Shown piece by piece: positions 1 to 9,153 of a stretch of DNA of 64,000 bases. The notes below the pieces were generated by a model. The model was not told the origin of the DNA. It ran no database searches and was given only the letters and a program-made list of their open reading frames with translations. The DNA comes from Psychrobacter sp. (GTDB taxonomy: Bacteria; Pseudomonadota; Gammaproteobacteria; Pseudomonadales; Moraxellaceae): the NCBI RefSeq assembly GCF_041554015.1, contig NZ_JBFFMS010000002.1:28440-92439 (forward strand). Direction: 5' to 3'. The stretch's first letter is position 1. The number at the start of each line of letters is the position of its first letter. A program made the position numbers and the translations under genes.

Positions 1-267
1 TTTGTGCTGCAAGACATTTAATATCGGTCGACCTGCCGTACCATTTGGCTCGCCATCATCATCAAAGCCAGCACTGGTAGTATTATTAGGGTCACCAATG
101 ATATATGCCCAGCAGTGGTGGCGCGCATCGGCATACTGCTCGCGTAATTGTTCCACGTGAAACATTGCCTGTTCACGCGAGGTTACAGGATAAGCGTGGG
201 CGATAAACTCGGATTTTTTAATATCTAAGCGCGCAGTGACAGTACGTTTTAGTGTTTGATAGCTCAT
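1..267 (-). CDS. yigZ: YigZ/IMPACT family protein, 5' part (runs off the window; not in ORF track)
   Basis: Manual translation from ATG at 267: MSYQTLKRTVTARLDIKKSEFIAHAYPV...DARHHCWAY...FDDDGEPNGTAGRPILNVLQHK; KKSEF, HxCWAY and DDGEPxGTAG are IMPACT-family motifs. Confidence 0.9.
   Translation of the reverse strand, partial: MSYQTLKRTVTARLDIKKSEFIAHAYPVTSREQAMFHVEQLREQYADARHHCWAYIIGDPNNTTSAGFDDDGEPNGTAGRPILNVLQHK
149..164. other. parS centromere-like site inside yigZ
   Basis: TGTTCCACGTGAAACA, matching the widespread parS consensus TGTTTCACGTGAAACA with the common T-to-C variant. Confidence 0.8.
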
Positions 268-464
268 ATTTCATCAGGTCTAGGTTGGATATGGTAAACT
301 GGTCTAACTTTCACTGTCGTCCGTATTTGGCGCAGTGTTCATTTAATTTTTTATTATAGTACCACTTCTGACCCATGAAGATAGCAGGCAAGCTCAGTGC
401 GAATGCTGATGTCGTTAGCTGCTAAGGTAAAGTAGGTATCATAAAACGGATGGTAGTAAATAGT

Positions 465-1169
465 ATGCGTCTAGATAAATTTATCAGTAAGGCCACTGAG
501 TTGTCTCGTAAAGAGTCCAAAAAAATCATGCATGCCGGTGAGATCATGGTCAACGAGCAGATCGTCAAAGATCCAGGTTTGCATGTCGATATCGTCAATG
601 ATGAGGTTATGTGGGGTGGCGAGCCACTATCGGTCGCGACGGGCAATCGCTATATTTTATTGCATAAGCCTGAAGGCTTTGAGTGTACGCTAAAAGCCAA
701 AGAGTACCCCATCGTCACTGAGCTGATAGCCGTCCCAGAGCTTGGTAGCTTGCGTATCGCTGGACGACTTGATGTCGATACCACGGGCGCTTTGCTTATC
801 AGTGACGATGGCGGTTGGCTACACCGCGTGACCAGTCCTAAACATGAACATGCGAAGGTTTATGAGCTAACTTTAGCAGAGGCGATGGATAGCGATGCTC
901 AGGCGAACGCGGTCAAAGAAGTGGCAAACGGCATTCTTTTAGAAGGTGATCACGAAGAAACCAAGCCTGCAACCCTTGAATTCATCGATGAGACGCATGC
1001 GCGTCTGACCTTGGAGCAAGGTAAATATCATCAAGTCAAACGCATGATGGGTTATTTTGGTAATCGCGTTATCGAGCTGCATCGCGCCAGTATCGGTCAT
1101 ATTAATTTGGACGGTTTAGAAAAAGGCGACAGTCGCTTTTTAACCCCTGAAGAAGTGGCTAAATTCTAG
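465..1169 (+). CDS. rsuA: 16S rRNA pseudouridine(516) synthase
   Basis: MRLDKFISK S4 domain, LLHKPEGF, catalytic GRLDVDTTG, GKYHQVKRM. ATG 465 preferred to ORF-track start 450. Confidence 0.85.
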   Translation: MRLDKFISKATELSRKESKKIMHAGEIMVNEQIVKDPGLHVDIVNDEVMWGGEPLSVATGNRYILLHKPEGFECTLKAKEYPIVTELIAVPELGSLRIAGRLDVDTTGALLISDDGGWLHRVTSPKHEHAKVYELTLAEAMDSDAQANAVKEVANGILLEGDHEETKPATLEFIDETHARLTLEQGKYHQVKRMMGYFGNRVIELHRASIGHINLDGLEKGDSRFLTPEEVAKF

Positions 1170-1210
1170 GCTGTTATTTTAAAAACCCCATAAACAGCTC
1201 TTTAAAATCA

Positions 1211-1239
1211 GCAGCCACGTCACGTGCGCTGCTTTTTTT
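1211..1239 (+). terminator. Intrinsic terminator after rsuA
   Basis: GCAGC-CACG tca CGTG-c-GCTGC stem followed by T7. Confidence 0.7.
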
Positions 1240-1482
1240 GTCCGTAGTTTTTACCTGCTATGGTTAGCAGGTTATGTCTTGTGTCCGTACTGTGTTGCCT
1301 ATCTCTTAAAGCTCAGTAGCAGTTTTGCAAAATTGAGCCGTTAAACCTTGGCAAAAGTCTACCTTATGCTAAGGTTAGCCTATCTTTTTTAATCTATTTT
1401 TTTACATAATATCGTTATCATCGGTTCAATATAAGCTATCAAAACTAAAAGCGACTAACACTCCCTTTATCAAACGTGATTT

Positions 1483-2583
1483 TTGTTAAAACCAGATAGG
1501 ACTGTCTCTGTGAACGCATCTTTATTAAAACCTGCCAGTTTCATTAGTTTCATTGGCGCCATGTTATTGGCAACCACCGCCTGTGCTCAGCCTAGTGACA
1601 TGGCTGCTACCAGCCAAAAAGTCAGCCAAAGCGTGAAAAATACAAAAGCTGCTGGCACTGTCAGCCCATCCGTTGACAGACGTTTACGCCAGTTGCTAAC
1701 TCAGGCAGGGATCAAAACACAAATCAGCTCTATCGTGCCGTCCAACTTACCCAATATGTATCAAGTTAATTTGGTAGGGCAGTTGCCATTACATATTACG
1801 GAAGATGGTAATTATGTCATTCAGGGCGAGCTACAAAAGAATCCAAGCAAGCGGGTGGTTACCAAGACGCCAGCGCGTAGCACTATAGCGCAGGTAGGCA
1901 AGCCTGTTAGTGCAAGTGTTAAAGCAGATATATTGGCCAATATGGGTGCACTAAAAAATATGAGTGCCAAAACACCGTTCTTTTATACGGCTGTGCCCGG
2001 TGTGATTTGGGGCGCGACCTTAGAGGGCGTACCGTTCTTGTTATCAGATGATGCGCAGTATATTACTGATGGCGAGATCTCTGTCATCAAAAACGGTCAA
2101 TTTATCGGACTTGACGAGCAGTTTGAAAAGCGTAAAAATCAGTCGGTGTTTGCGACTTTAGATGCAAACCAACTGATTACTTATCCAGCGACTAGTGCTG
2201 AAAAAGCCGTCATTTATGTGGCAACAGATGTGAACTGCCCTTATTGCCGCAGACTACATCATCAGATGCCGATGCTGAATGCTAAAGGCGTGACAGTCAA
2301 AACCATTGGTTATCCGATTTATGATGCGTCACCTGAGCAGATGCGCGGTATTTGGTGCCAAGGTACTGAGGACAGTCGCCGTAAAGCCCTTGATAAAGCA
2401 ATGCTGCAAGGTAAGATGACATCTGCACCAGCAAGTTGTAAAGCTGATCCTGTGACGCCCAATCGTGAAAAAGCAGCAGGGCTTGCTGTTATGGCAACGC
2501 CTGCTATCTATCGTGAAGATGGCGTGCTGTTTCAAGCAAGCTTTGAGAGTCCGGAGTTTTTAGAGTTTTTAGGTGTGCAGTAG
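1483..2583 (+). CDS. dsbC: DsbC-family thiol:disulfide interchange protein with duplicated N-terminal domain, possibly a lipoprotein
   Basis: TDVNCPYCRRLH active site, cis-Pro loop ATPA, structural Cys pair IWC...SCK, two DsbC_N-like segments, signal peptide ending TTAC. Exact start uncertain (TTG). Confidence 0.75.
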   Translation: MLKPDRTVSVNASLLKPASFISFIGAMLLATTACAQPSDMAATSQKVSQSVKNTKAAGTVSPSVDRRLRQLLTQAGIKTQISSIVPSNLPNMYQVNLVGQLPLHITEDGNYVIQGELQKNPSKRVVTKTPARSTIAQVGKPVSASVKADILANMGALKNMSAKTPFFYTAVPGVIWGATLEGVPFLLSDDAQYITDGEISVIKNGQFIGLDEQFEKRKNQSVFATLDANQLITYPATSAEKAVIYVATDVNCPYCRRLHHQMPMLNAKGVTVKTIGYPIYDASPEQMRGIWCQGTEDSRRKALDKAMLQGKMTSAPASCKADPVTPNREKAAGLAVMATPAIYREDGVLFQASFESPEFLEFLGVQ

Positions 2584-2600
2584 CTGATATAGATATGTGA

Positions 2601-2621
2601 TGTCTAATGTCTAATGCTTAA
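2601..2621. repeat. 7-bp tandem repeat x3
   Basis: TGTCTAA TGTCTAA TGCTTAA just after the dsbC stop. Confidence 0.6.
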
Positions 2622-2672
2622 TCAAGTTATGAATAAAAAACGTGTTAAGAAATGATATTCCTTAATATGGAC

Positions 2673-2712
2673 AAAAAAGCCGCCACATAAGCTATTTATG
2701 TGGCGGCTTTTT
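2673..2712. terminator. Bidirectional intrinsic terminator
   Basis: AAAAAGCCGCCACATAA gctat TTATGTGGCGGCTTTTT between convergent genes. Confidence 0.85.
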
Positions 2713-2741
2713 GTTATATCTAAAAGTTATTGATAGTAAGT

Positions 2742-3404
2742 TTATTGTGGCAATATGATATCAACGATTTTCCAATCAACCAGACCGTTACGCTGCATCT
2801 CGATGATGAGTGGATAGCCTTTTACCTGACCGCTAATGTTAAAACAATGAATACCGCAATAGCCCAGTGTTGGCTTATCACTGTCAGACCCTTGCGCTGC
2901 TTGCTTCTCCAGTTCAGCGGCTTGTTTTTCCATGATCTGCTGCATTTGGTTTTTGACCACCGCATCCACATCTCCACGCTGCAGGATAAGATTTTGAATC
3001 AAATTTTTGAGATCGACTTGATTACTGGCGATTGCCCATGCGGCGGCAAGCTCCTTAGTCGCAGTATTGGCCTGACCTTGGGTATTGATGACTTTTTCGA
3101 TGTTTTGCGGTGTTATGGCACCATCGACCGCCTGCGTGATAAAGCTATTGGCGGCTTGGGTCAGTGCTTCGCCGCCTAGCTCAGCGACCAATGGATAGTT
3201 GGTCATAGTCGCCGTAAACTGACTGGCGAGTTGGTTTTGAATGCTGGGTCGCACTTGCTCATAGTCGATCGCAGCTGCGATAGTCGCGCCGTCTTTGGCA
3301 TCGTAGGCATTTTTAAGCTGATAGGCGCTGTAATAGGGCGAGCCTACATAGACAGCGACTGCAATGATGACTAATAAAACAATCAGCTTCTTCATAAAAA
3401 TCAA
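2742..3404 (-). CDS. DUF2939-like membrane-anchored protein
   Basis: N-terminal TM then GSPYYSAYQLKNAYDAKDGATIAAAIDYEQVRPSIQNQL and C-terminal RNGLVDWKIVDI, as in DUF2939 proteins. Confidence 0.65.
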   Translation of the reverse strand: MIFMKKLIVLLVIIAVAVYVGSPYYSAYQLKNAYDAKDGATIAAAIDYEQVRPSIQNQLASQFTATMTNYPLVAELGGEALTQAANSFITQAVDGAITPQNIEKVINTQGQANTATKELAAAWAIASNQVDLKNLIQNLILQRGDVDAVVKNQMQQIMEKQAAELEKQAAQGSDSDKPTLGYCGIHCFNISGQVKGYPLIIEMQRNGLVDWKIVDIILPQ

Positions 3405-3600
3405 ACCTTTATTGCGAAATCAAAAACTTAAGGATGGGCAAATTTAATAATAGAAAATATAAATCTAAAGCCCTGAGAATATAGCGATAAATATTAGCAT
3501 GGACGAGCCTTTTTAAGGTATGAAAACCTTTGTTCATTCCTTAATAAAACCTTTTTATATAGCTAGGCGCACTATAGTGGATACTTTCCCCATTTAAGCG

Positions 3601-3629
3601 CTTGATAAATGACTACAGCATCTCCATAA
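3601..3629 (+). promoter_or_regulatory. Putative sigma32 (RpoH) promoter of dnaJ
   Basis: CTTGAT-N15-CTCCATAA versus consensus CTTGAA-N13-17-CCCCATnT, upstream of a canonical heat-shock gene. Confidence 0.55.
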
Positions 3630-3730
3630 ATAGCGCAAACTTTTAATAATTGATTTGGCTAAGCAGCATCCCGCCGTATCCGCTTGAAATATTCATCGCA
3701 GTATCATCTCTTTTCTCTCACTATTTATAG

Positions 3731-3746
3731 TGTTTCATGTGAAACC
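3731..3746. other. parS-like site in dnaJ leader
   Basis: TGTTTCATGTGAAACC, two mismatches to consensus. Confidence 0.65.
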
Positions 3747-3838
3747 TTTGCGTGTCATAGTGAGATATATGGAGGGGTGGATGCGCTAGAGCGACTGAAT
3801 CGACCGGTCGGTGGACTGTAAAGACGATAGGAGAGCCC

Positions 3839-4972
3839 ATGAGTAAGCGCGATTTTTATGAAGTATTAGGTGTGAGCAAGACCGCTGAAAGCAAAGAAAT
3901 TAAGCGAGCTTACCGTAAGCTGGCCATGAAGTATCACCCTGATCGCAACTCAGATGACCCTGATGCCGAAGAGAAGTTTAAAGAAGCGTCGATGGCTTAT
4001 GAAGTATTAAGCAGCGAAGAAAAACGCTCAGCTTATGATCGCATGGGTCATGCTGCTTTTGAAAATGGTATGGGCGGTGGTGGTTTTGGCGGCGGTGGTA
4101 GCGGCAACTTCCAAGATATTTTTGGCGACATTTTCGGTAATTTCGGCGACATTTTCGGTCAGTCACGTGGCGGCGGTGGGCGTTCGCGCCGTGGTTCAGA
4201 TTTGCGCTACGTGATTGAGCTTACATTAGAAGAAGCGGTACGTGGCTGTAAAAAAGAAATCAGTTTCACAGCGCCTGCGCCGTGCGACACCTGCGATGGT
4301 AAAGGGGCAAAAAATGCCTCTGACATCGTGACTTGTCAGACTTGTCATGGGCAAGGACAAGTACGTATGCAGCAAGGTTTCTTTGCTGTACAGCAGGCTT
4401 GCCCCCATTGCGGCGGCACTGGTAAACAAATCAAAAATCCGTGCTCTGACTGTCACGGTAATGGCGTTAAAGACAAATCACGTACGCTTGAAGTGTCTAT
4501 CCCAGCGGGCGTCGATGATGGTGACCGTGTTCGTCTCGCGGGCGAAGGTGAAGCGGGCGGTGCGGGTGTCCAAAACGGTGACTTATACGTCGAAGTACGG
4601 GTAAAAGCGCACAATGTCTTTACCCGTCAAGGTGCGGATCTGTATATGGATGTACCTGTGAGCATCACCGATGCAGCACTGGGTAAAGAAGTCGAAATTC
4701 CAACGCTAGATGGTAAAGTAAAAATCAAGGTTGCAGAGGGCACGCAAAGTGGTAAGTTGCTACGTGTGCGCGGTAAAGGCGTGACGCCAGTACGCACCAC
4801 CATGAAAGGTGATTTGATTTGCCGTGTGGTTATCGAAACCCCAGTGAATCTAACGCGCGAGCAAAAAGAGCTGTTACGCCAGTTCCAAGATACGCTCGAT
4901 GGCGATAGCAAACATCAGCAGTCGCCACATAAGAAGTCCTTCTTTAAAAAGATTGGCGATTTGTTTGATTGA
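3839..4972 (+). CDS. dnaJ: Molecular chaperone DnaJ
   Basis: J-domain HPD, G/F-rich region, four CxxCxGxG zinc-finger repeats, SD GGAGAG. Confidence 0.98.
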   Translation: MSKRDFYEVLGVSKTAESKEIKRAYRKLAMKYHPDRNSDDPDAEEKFKEASMAYEVLSSEEKRSAYDRMGHAAFENGMGGGGFGGGGSGNFQDIFGDIFGNFGDIFGQSRGGGGRSRRGSDLRYVIELTLEEAVRGCKKEISFTAPAPCDTCDGKGAKNASDIVTCQTCHGQGQVRMQQGFFAVQQACPHCGGTGKQIKNPCSDCHGNGVKDKSRTLEVSIPAGVDDGDRVRLAGEGEAGGAGVQNGDLYVEVRVKAHNVFTRQGADLYMDVPVSITDAALGKEVEIPTLDGKVKIKVAEGTQSGKLLRVRGKGVTPVRTTMKGDLICRVVIETPVNLTREQKELLRQFQDTLDGDSKHQQSPHKKSFFKKIGDLFD

Positions 4973-5001
4973 TAGCTAAGCTCGACCATTTGAGTCATCT
5001 T

Positions 5002-5038
5002 AAGGCCCATTGTTTCACGTGAAACAATGGGCCTTTTT
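5002..5038 (+). terminator. dnaJ terminator: perfect 34-bp palindrome containing parS
   Basis: AAGGCCCAT-TGTTTCACGTGAAACA-ATGGGCCTT followed by TTT. Confidence 0.75.
5011..5026. other. Perfect consensus parS site
   Basis: TGTTTCACGTGAAACA. Confidence 0.9.
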
Positions 5039-5139
5039 ATTGTCGTTATAAAAAACCATTCAGTCAATGATATTTGCTAAACTTAGCCTCATAACAGTCA
5101 AAACCTTTCTTACTAATATAGAGCTTTTAGGGTAAAAAT

Positions 5140-5988
5140 ATGAGCCAACAGATAACAGCGCAAGAAAATACAAATAAACAAGTTACCAAAGTCGGGGTCA
5201 TTGGTGCTGGTGGTCGTATGGGGCGTATGCTCATAGAAGCAGTACAAGACAATCCGCAAACGATGTTAAATGCGGCGATAGAGCGTCAGGGTTCAAGTCT
5301 TATCGGCGCAGATGCTGGTGAAGTCGCCGCTATCGGTCGTTTAGATGTACAGATTGTCGATGATTTAAAAGCTGTTATTAATGACATCGATGTACTGATT
5401 GACTTTAGCTTGCCTGATGCTACTGAGCAAAACATGCAGATTTGCGCCGCAAACAATGTGTCGATGGTCATTGGTACGACAGGTTTTAATGAGCAGCAAG
5501 AGCAAGCACTGGCAAAAGCCTGCGAGAAAATAGCGATTGTCTATGCTGGTAATTACTCAACAGGCGTTAATCTGTCATTAAAGTTACTCGGCATGGCAGC
5601 AAAAGCCTTTGGCGAGGATGCTGATGTAGAAGTCATCGAAGCGCATCATAAGCATAAAATCGATGCGCCATCAGGCACTGCATATATGATGGCAGAAGCT
5701 GTGGCAGAAGCGCGCGGACAGAATCTAAAAGACGTGGCTGTTTATGGACGTGAAGGACAAACGGGCGAGCGTAAAGCAGGTACTATTGGTATTCATGCTA
5801 TTCGCGGCGGTGAAATCATCGGTGATCATACTGTGATGTTTATTGCTGATGGTGAAGTGGTTGAAATCACGCATCGTGCGCGCGCACGTATGACCTTTGC
5901 TGCGGGTGCCGTACGTGCTGCAACGTGGGTTATTGAGCAGCCAACGGGTCAATATAATATGCAGGATGTATTGGGTTTAAATGACTAA
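5140..5988 (+). CDS. dapB: 4-hydroxy-tetrahydrodipicolinate reductase
   Basis: GAGGRMG nucleotide-binding, IDFS, VIGTTG, EAHHKHKIDAPSGTA, IRGGEIIGDH. Confidence 0.97.
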   Translation: MSQQITAQENTNKQVTKVGVIGAGGRMGRMLIEAVQDNPQTMLNAAIERQGSSLIGADAGEVAAIGRLDVQIVDDLKAVINDIDVLIDFSLPDATEQNMQICAANNVSMVIGTTGFNEQQEQALAKACEKIAIVYAGNYSTGVNLSLKLLGMAAKAFGEDADVEVIEAHHKHKIDAPSGTAYMMAEAVAEARGQNLKDVAVYGREGQTGERKAGTIGIHAIRGGEIIGDHTVMFIADGEVVEITHRARARMTFAAGAVRAATWVIEQPTGQYNMQDVLGLND

Positions 5989-6005
5989 GGTTTTTTTCTT
6001 ATGGT

Positions 6006-6215
6006 TTGGTAGCTGCTAATTTTCAAAAAAACAGTAATTATGTTATTCAAGCTCAGCGATTAGACACAACCATTATTATCCCACGTGGACAATGGGTGAC
6101 TGTCGGACAAGTCTCTCAGAGTAGTCAAAGTAATCAAAATCAACGCTCAAGTTATGGTAGCAATCATGGCATGAATAGCATTCAGGACATACCAATTTGG
6201 ATAATGGCGCAGTAG
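6006..6215 (+). pseudogene. Probable 5'-truncated gene remnant resembling a secretin-like C-terminus
   Basis: 69-aa frame with TTG start and no SD; RLDTTIIIPRGQWVTVGQV resembles the T-x-V-x-V-x-x-G-E-x-x-x-x-G-G tail of secretin-like proteins. Confidence 0.35.
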
Positions 6216-6247
6216 CCTTATAAGTGATTAGCATTTATCTATGGCAT

Positions 6248-6288
6248 AAAAAATCGCGATACGGTGATGAGCAGTATCGCGCGTTTTT
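6248..6288. terminator. Bidirectional intrinsic terminator
   Basis: A-run, CGCGATAC...GTATCGCG stem, T-run, between convergent units. Confidence 0.65.
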
Positions 6289-6310
6289 ATTGACCATGAT
6301 TCATCGCAGA

Positions 6311-7492
6311 TTAGTCAACGTAAATGACGTCTAACGGCGGAAAACCATTGAATTCAATAGACGAGTACGAGTTCGTATAGGCACCCGTGGTCAGCCAAAA
6401 GATTTTATCACCAATCTCAAGCTCTTCTGGTAGCTGATAACCCGCTTCTTCATACATGATATCGGTCGAATCGCAAGTGGGACCTGCCAGTACCACAGTG
6501 CCTTCGCTGGTTGAGGTTTCCATCTTAGGCGTGTACACAGGGTATTTGATGGCCTCTCCTAATGTCTCGATTAAGCCTTGGAATAAGCCCACGTCAGTAT
6601 AGACCCAGCGCGTCAAATCCGTATCCGATTTACGCGAGATAAGCACCACATCACTGACCAATACACCTGAGCCGCCAACCAATGAACGACCTGGCTCAAG
6701 GATAATCTCAGGCATATCCTCTTCACTATAATCGTCTGTCAAATAACGATTAATCTCTTCAGCGTAGACTTTTATAGGGTTCACTTCACTGATATAGTTG
6801 GCTGGAAAGCCGCCGCCCAAATTGATCATTTGTAGCTTGATACCTTCTTCGTTTTTCATCCAATCAAACATATATTTAACCTTGGCTAACGCATCATCCC
6901 AAGCAGCGACGTCTTTTTGCTGACTACCGACATGGAATGAGATGCCATAAGGCACAAGACCTAAGTCGCGAGCTTGAATCAAAAGATCAATCGCCATATT
7001 GGGATGACAACCAAACTTACGAGACAACGGCCATTCGGCGGTTTCTGAGCCTTGTACTAAAATACGTACAAAAATCTTTGAGCCAGGGGCGTGCTTGGCG
7101 ATATTTTTTAAATCAGCCTCTGAGTCGGTCGCATACAAATCAATCCCTTTTTCAAAGGCATATTTGACATGCTCTGCTTTTTTGATGGTATTACCATAAG
7201 AGATACGTGATGGCTCAACGCCGCAGTCGAGCACGCGGTCAAGCTCATAAATAGAGGCACAATCAAAGTTTGAACCAAGATCTGCAAGCAAGTTAATCAC
7301 TTCAACAGCAGGACTGGCCTTCATGGCATAATGGATTTTTGCATTAGGAAAAAATCCGACCATTTCATGATATTTGATCTTGATACGGTTTAGGTCCACG
7401 ACCAAAAATGGTGTCTCGCGACCTTCAGCAGCTTGGGTGAATTTCTGCCAGCCGGCAGGGTCAAAATATTGGTCAATTTTGATCATGGTCAT
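6311..7492 (-). CDS. Type III (alanine racemase fold) PLP-dependent ornithine/lysine decarboxylase
   Basis: HYAMKAS PLP lysine, FDCAS, KFG, FHVGSQ, NLGGGF, LEPGR, GPTCDSTD, GAYT. Confidence 0.9.
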   Translation of the reverse strand: MTMIKIDQYFDPAGWQKFTQAAEGRETPFLVVDLNRIKIKYHEMVGFFPNAKIHYAMKASPAVEVINLLADLGSNFDCASIYELDRVLDCGVEPSRISYGNTIKKAEHVKYAFEKGIDLYATDSEADLKNIAKHAPGSKIFVRILVQGSETAEWPLSRKFGCHPNMAIDLLIQARDLGLVPYGISFHVGSQQKDVAAWDDALAKVKYMFDWMKNEEGIKLQMINLGGGFPANYISEVNPIKVYAEEINRYLTDDYSEEDMPEIILEPGRSLVGGSGVLVSDVVLISRKSDTDLTRWVYTDVGLFQGLIETLGEAIKYPVYTPKMETSTSEGTVVLAGPTCDSTDIMYEEAGYQLPEELEIGDKIFWLTTGAYTNSYSSIEFNGFPPLDVIYVD

Positions 7493-7674
7493 GGTAGGGA
7501 ACCTTTAATAAAGACAGTCGGTGTTAAAGAGTAAATGCTTGCATCATGTTGGTGTCATCTCATATTATTGTCATCACGCATTTTATAGGTCATAAAACCT
7601 TGTGTTGATGCTAATGAGACATTGAAACGTTGCAACAATGAAACAACGTAAAAGCAGCTTAAGTGATGAGTGGA

Positions 7675-8229
7675 TTAAGAATGGGTAGGCTGTGGCTGTT
7701 TATCTACCATTTGTTCGCTCTGTTTTTCACGTATTTTAACGACTTTACGCACCTTATCGCGCGCACGAGTCTGCTTAAGACGTGATAAATAATCAACGAA
7801 TATGACCCCATTTAAGTGATCCATTTCATGTTGGATGCATACCGCAAGTAAGCCTTCTACTTCTTCATCAATCTTTTGACCATTCTCATCTAAGGCTTCA
7901 ATACGCACCTTGCTTGGACGCTCCACACTATCATAGACCTCAGGTACAGACAAACACCCTTCTTCATAAGGCTGTTTTTCTTCTACCAGTGGTGTCACCT
8001 TTGGATTGATGAAAACTCTAGGGCTATTTTTATCTTCAGATAAATCCATGACGATAAGCTGAATGTGGCGATCCACTTGGCTCGCTGCTAGACCGATCCC
8101 TTGTGCATCATACATCGTCTCAATCATATCGGCGATTAAGGTTTTGATTTCAGCAGTCACTTCCTTAACAGGCGTAGCAATGGAACGCAGGCGCGGGTCT
8201 GGGTAATTTAAAATAGGGAGTAAAGCCAT
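7675..8229 (-). CDS. def: Peptide deformylase
   Basis: [25 protein letters not shown]; ATG 8229 with SD GAGG. Confidence 0.97.
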   Translation of the reverse strand: MALLPILNYPDPRLRSIATPVKEVTAEIKTLIADMIETMYDAQGIGLAASQVDRHIQLIVMDLSEDKNSPRVFINPKVTPLVEEKQPYEEGCLSVPEVYDSVERPSKVRIEALDENGQKIDEEVEGLLAVCIQHEMDHLNGVIFVDYLSRLKQTRARDKVRKVVKIREKQSEQMVDKQPQPTHS

Positions 8230-8277
8230 AACGCTCACCTCAATGATAACGATAAAATAGGGTTGGTATTATAAGTT

Positions 8278-8306
8278 AAATGGGGACAAAAGTAATGCTT
8301 ATCAAT
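8278..8306 (-). promoter_or_regulatory. Putative sigma32 promoter of def
   Basis: Minus strand ATTGAT-N15-CCCCATTT about 45 nt upstream of the start codon. Confidence 0.55.
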
Positions 8307-8372
8307 ACTTTCGAGCAATTATTGCTTTTTATTATTATAAAAAAAGCAGGCGCTCATTTTTATTTTAGGCAT

Positions 8373-8403
8373 AAAAAAGCCTTGTAATGTACAAGGCTTT
8401 TTT
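8373..8403. terminator. Intrinsic terminator after the GlsB-family gene
   Basis: AAAAAAGCCTTGTA atg TACAAGGCTTTTTT. Confidence 0.85.
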
Positions 8404-8520
8404 AGATATTTAAGCTAGTTTATTGTTAATCTCATATGCGTCAGTAGGAGCGCTTTTGAGTAATTCTTAAGTAAATAAAAACACTTTCTGCAACCAAAAC
8501 ATCTGAGCAAAAGGCCAAAG

Positions 8521-8775
8521 TTATACGCCACGCTTACTCATGATCATCTCATAGATAAATAGGAGGATGATTGCACCAATTACTGAGAATATTAGACCCG
8601 TAAAGCCACCATCAGCATTGATACCGATAAGACCAGCTAAGAAACCACCCAACAACGCCCCAACGATACCCAATACAATGGTCATGATCCAGCCCATAGG
8701 GTCACTACCTGGCTTAATAGCTCGTGCCAATAAACCTGCAACCAGACCCACAATGATCATCCAAATAAAGCTCAT
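8521..8775 (-). CDS. GlsB/YeaQ/YmgE family (transglycosylase-associated) stress membrane protein
   Basis: MSFIWMIIVGLVAGLLARAIKPG...IVLGIVGALLGG...SVIGAIILL; SD AGGAG. Confidence 0.92.
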   Translation of the reverse strand: MSFIWMIIVGLVAGLLARAIKPGSDPMGWIMTIVLGIVGALLGGFLAGLIGINADGGFTGLIFSVIGAIILLFIYEMIMSKRGV

Positions 8776-9153
8776 GTTCTTCTCCTAATTTATTATCATT
8801 TATAATAGTTAACTTATTTTGTTAAGCTCATTGTAATCACTGCATAGGCGTAAAGGTAAGCGCAAAATGTTACCTGTGTATGAGCTGTGTGAGGAAAATC
8901 ATAGATTTGCTAATATGCAGGGAGAATAGGTAAATGAAAGGTTACAAAGGTAGTAAAGTCGAAAACGCCGTTTAGTTATTACAGTGTTTTAAATATTAAC
9001 GCCGCCAAATAACGCTCCTTACTACAGATAAGTGACCCTAAATAAAAAACTTAATTATAAAAAAACGCCGCTTATCTATAATAAGCAGCGCTCTTATTCA
9101 AAACTAGATCTAGACCAGCTAGATTATTTGTTGCGTAGTTTTATTAAGTGGCT

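Noticed and set aside
7546-7584. Short uORF (MTYKMRDDNNMR) upstream of the decarboxylase, recalling SpeFL-type control
   Set aside because: No SD and no resemblance to the SpeFL arrest motif; such ORFs are expected by chance.
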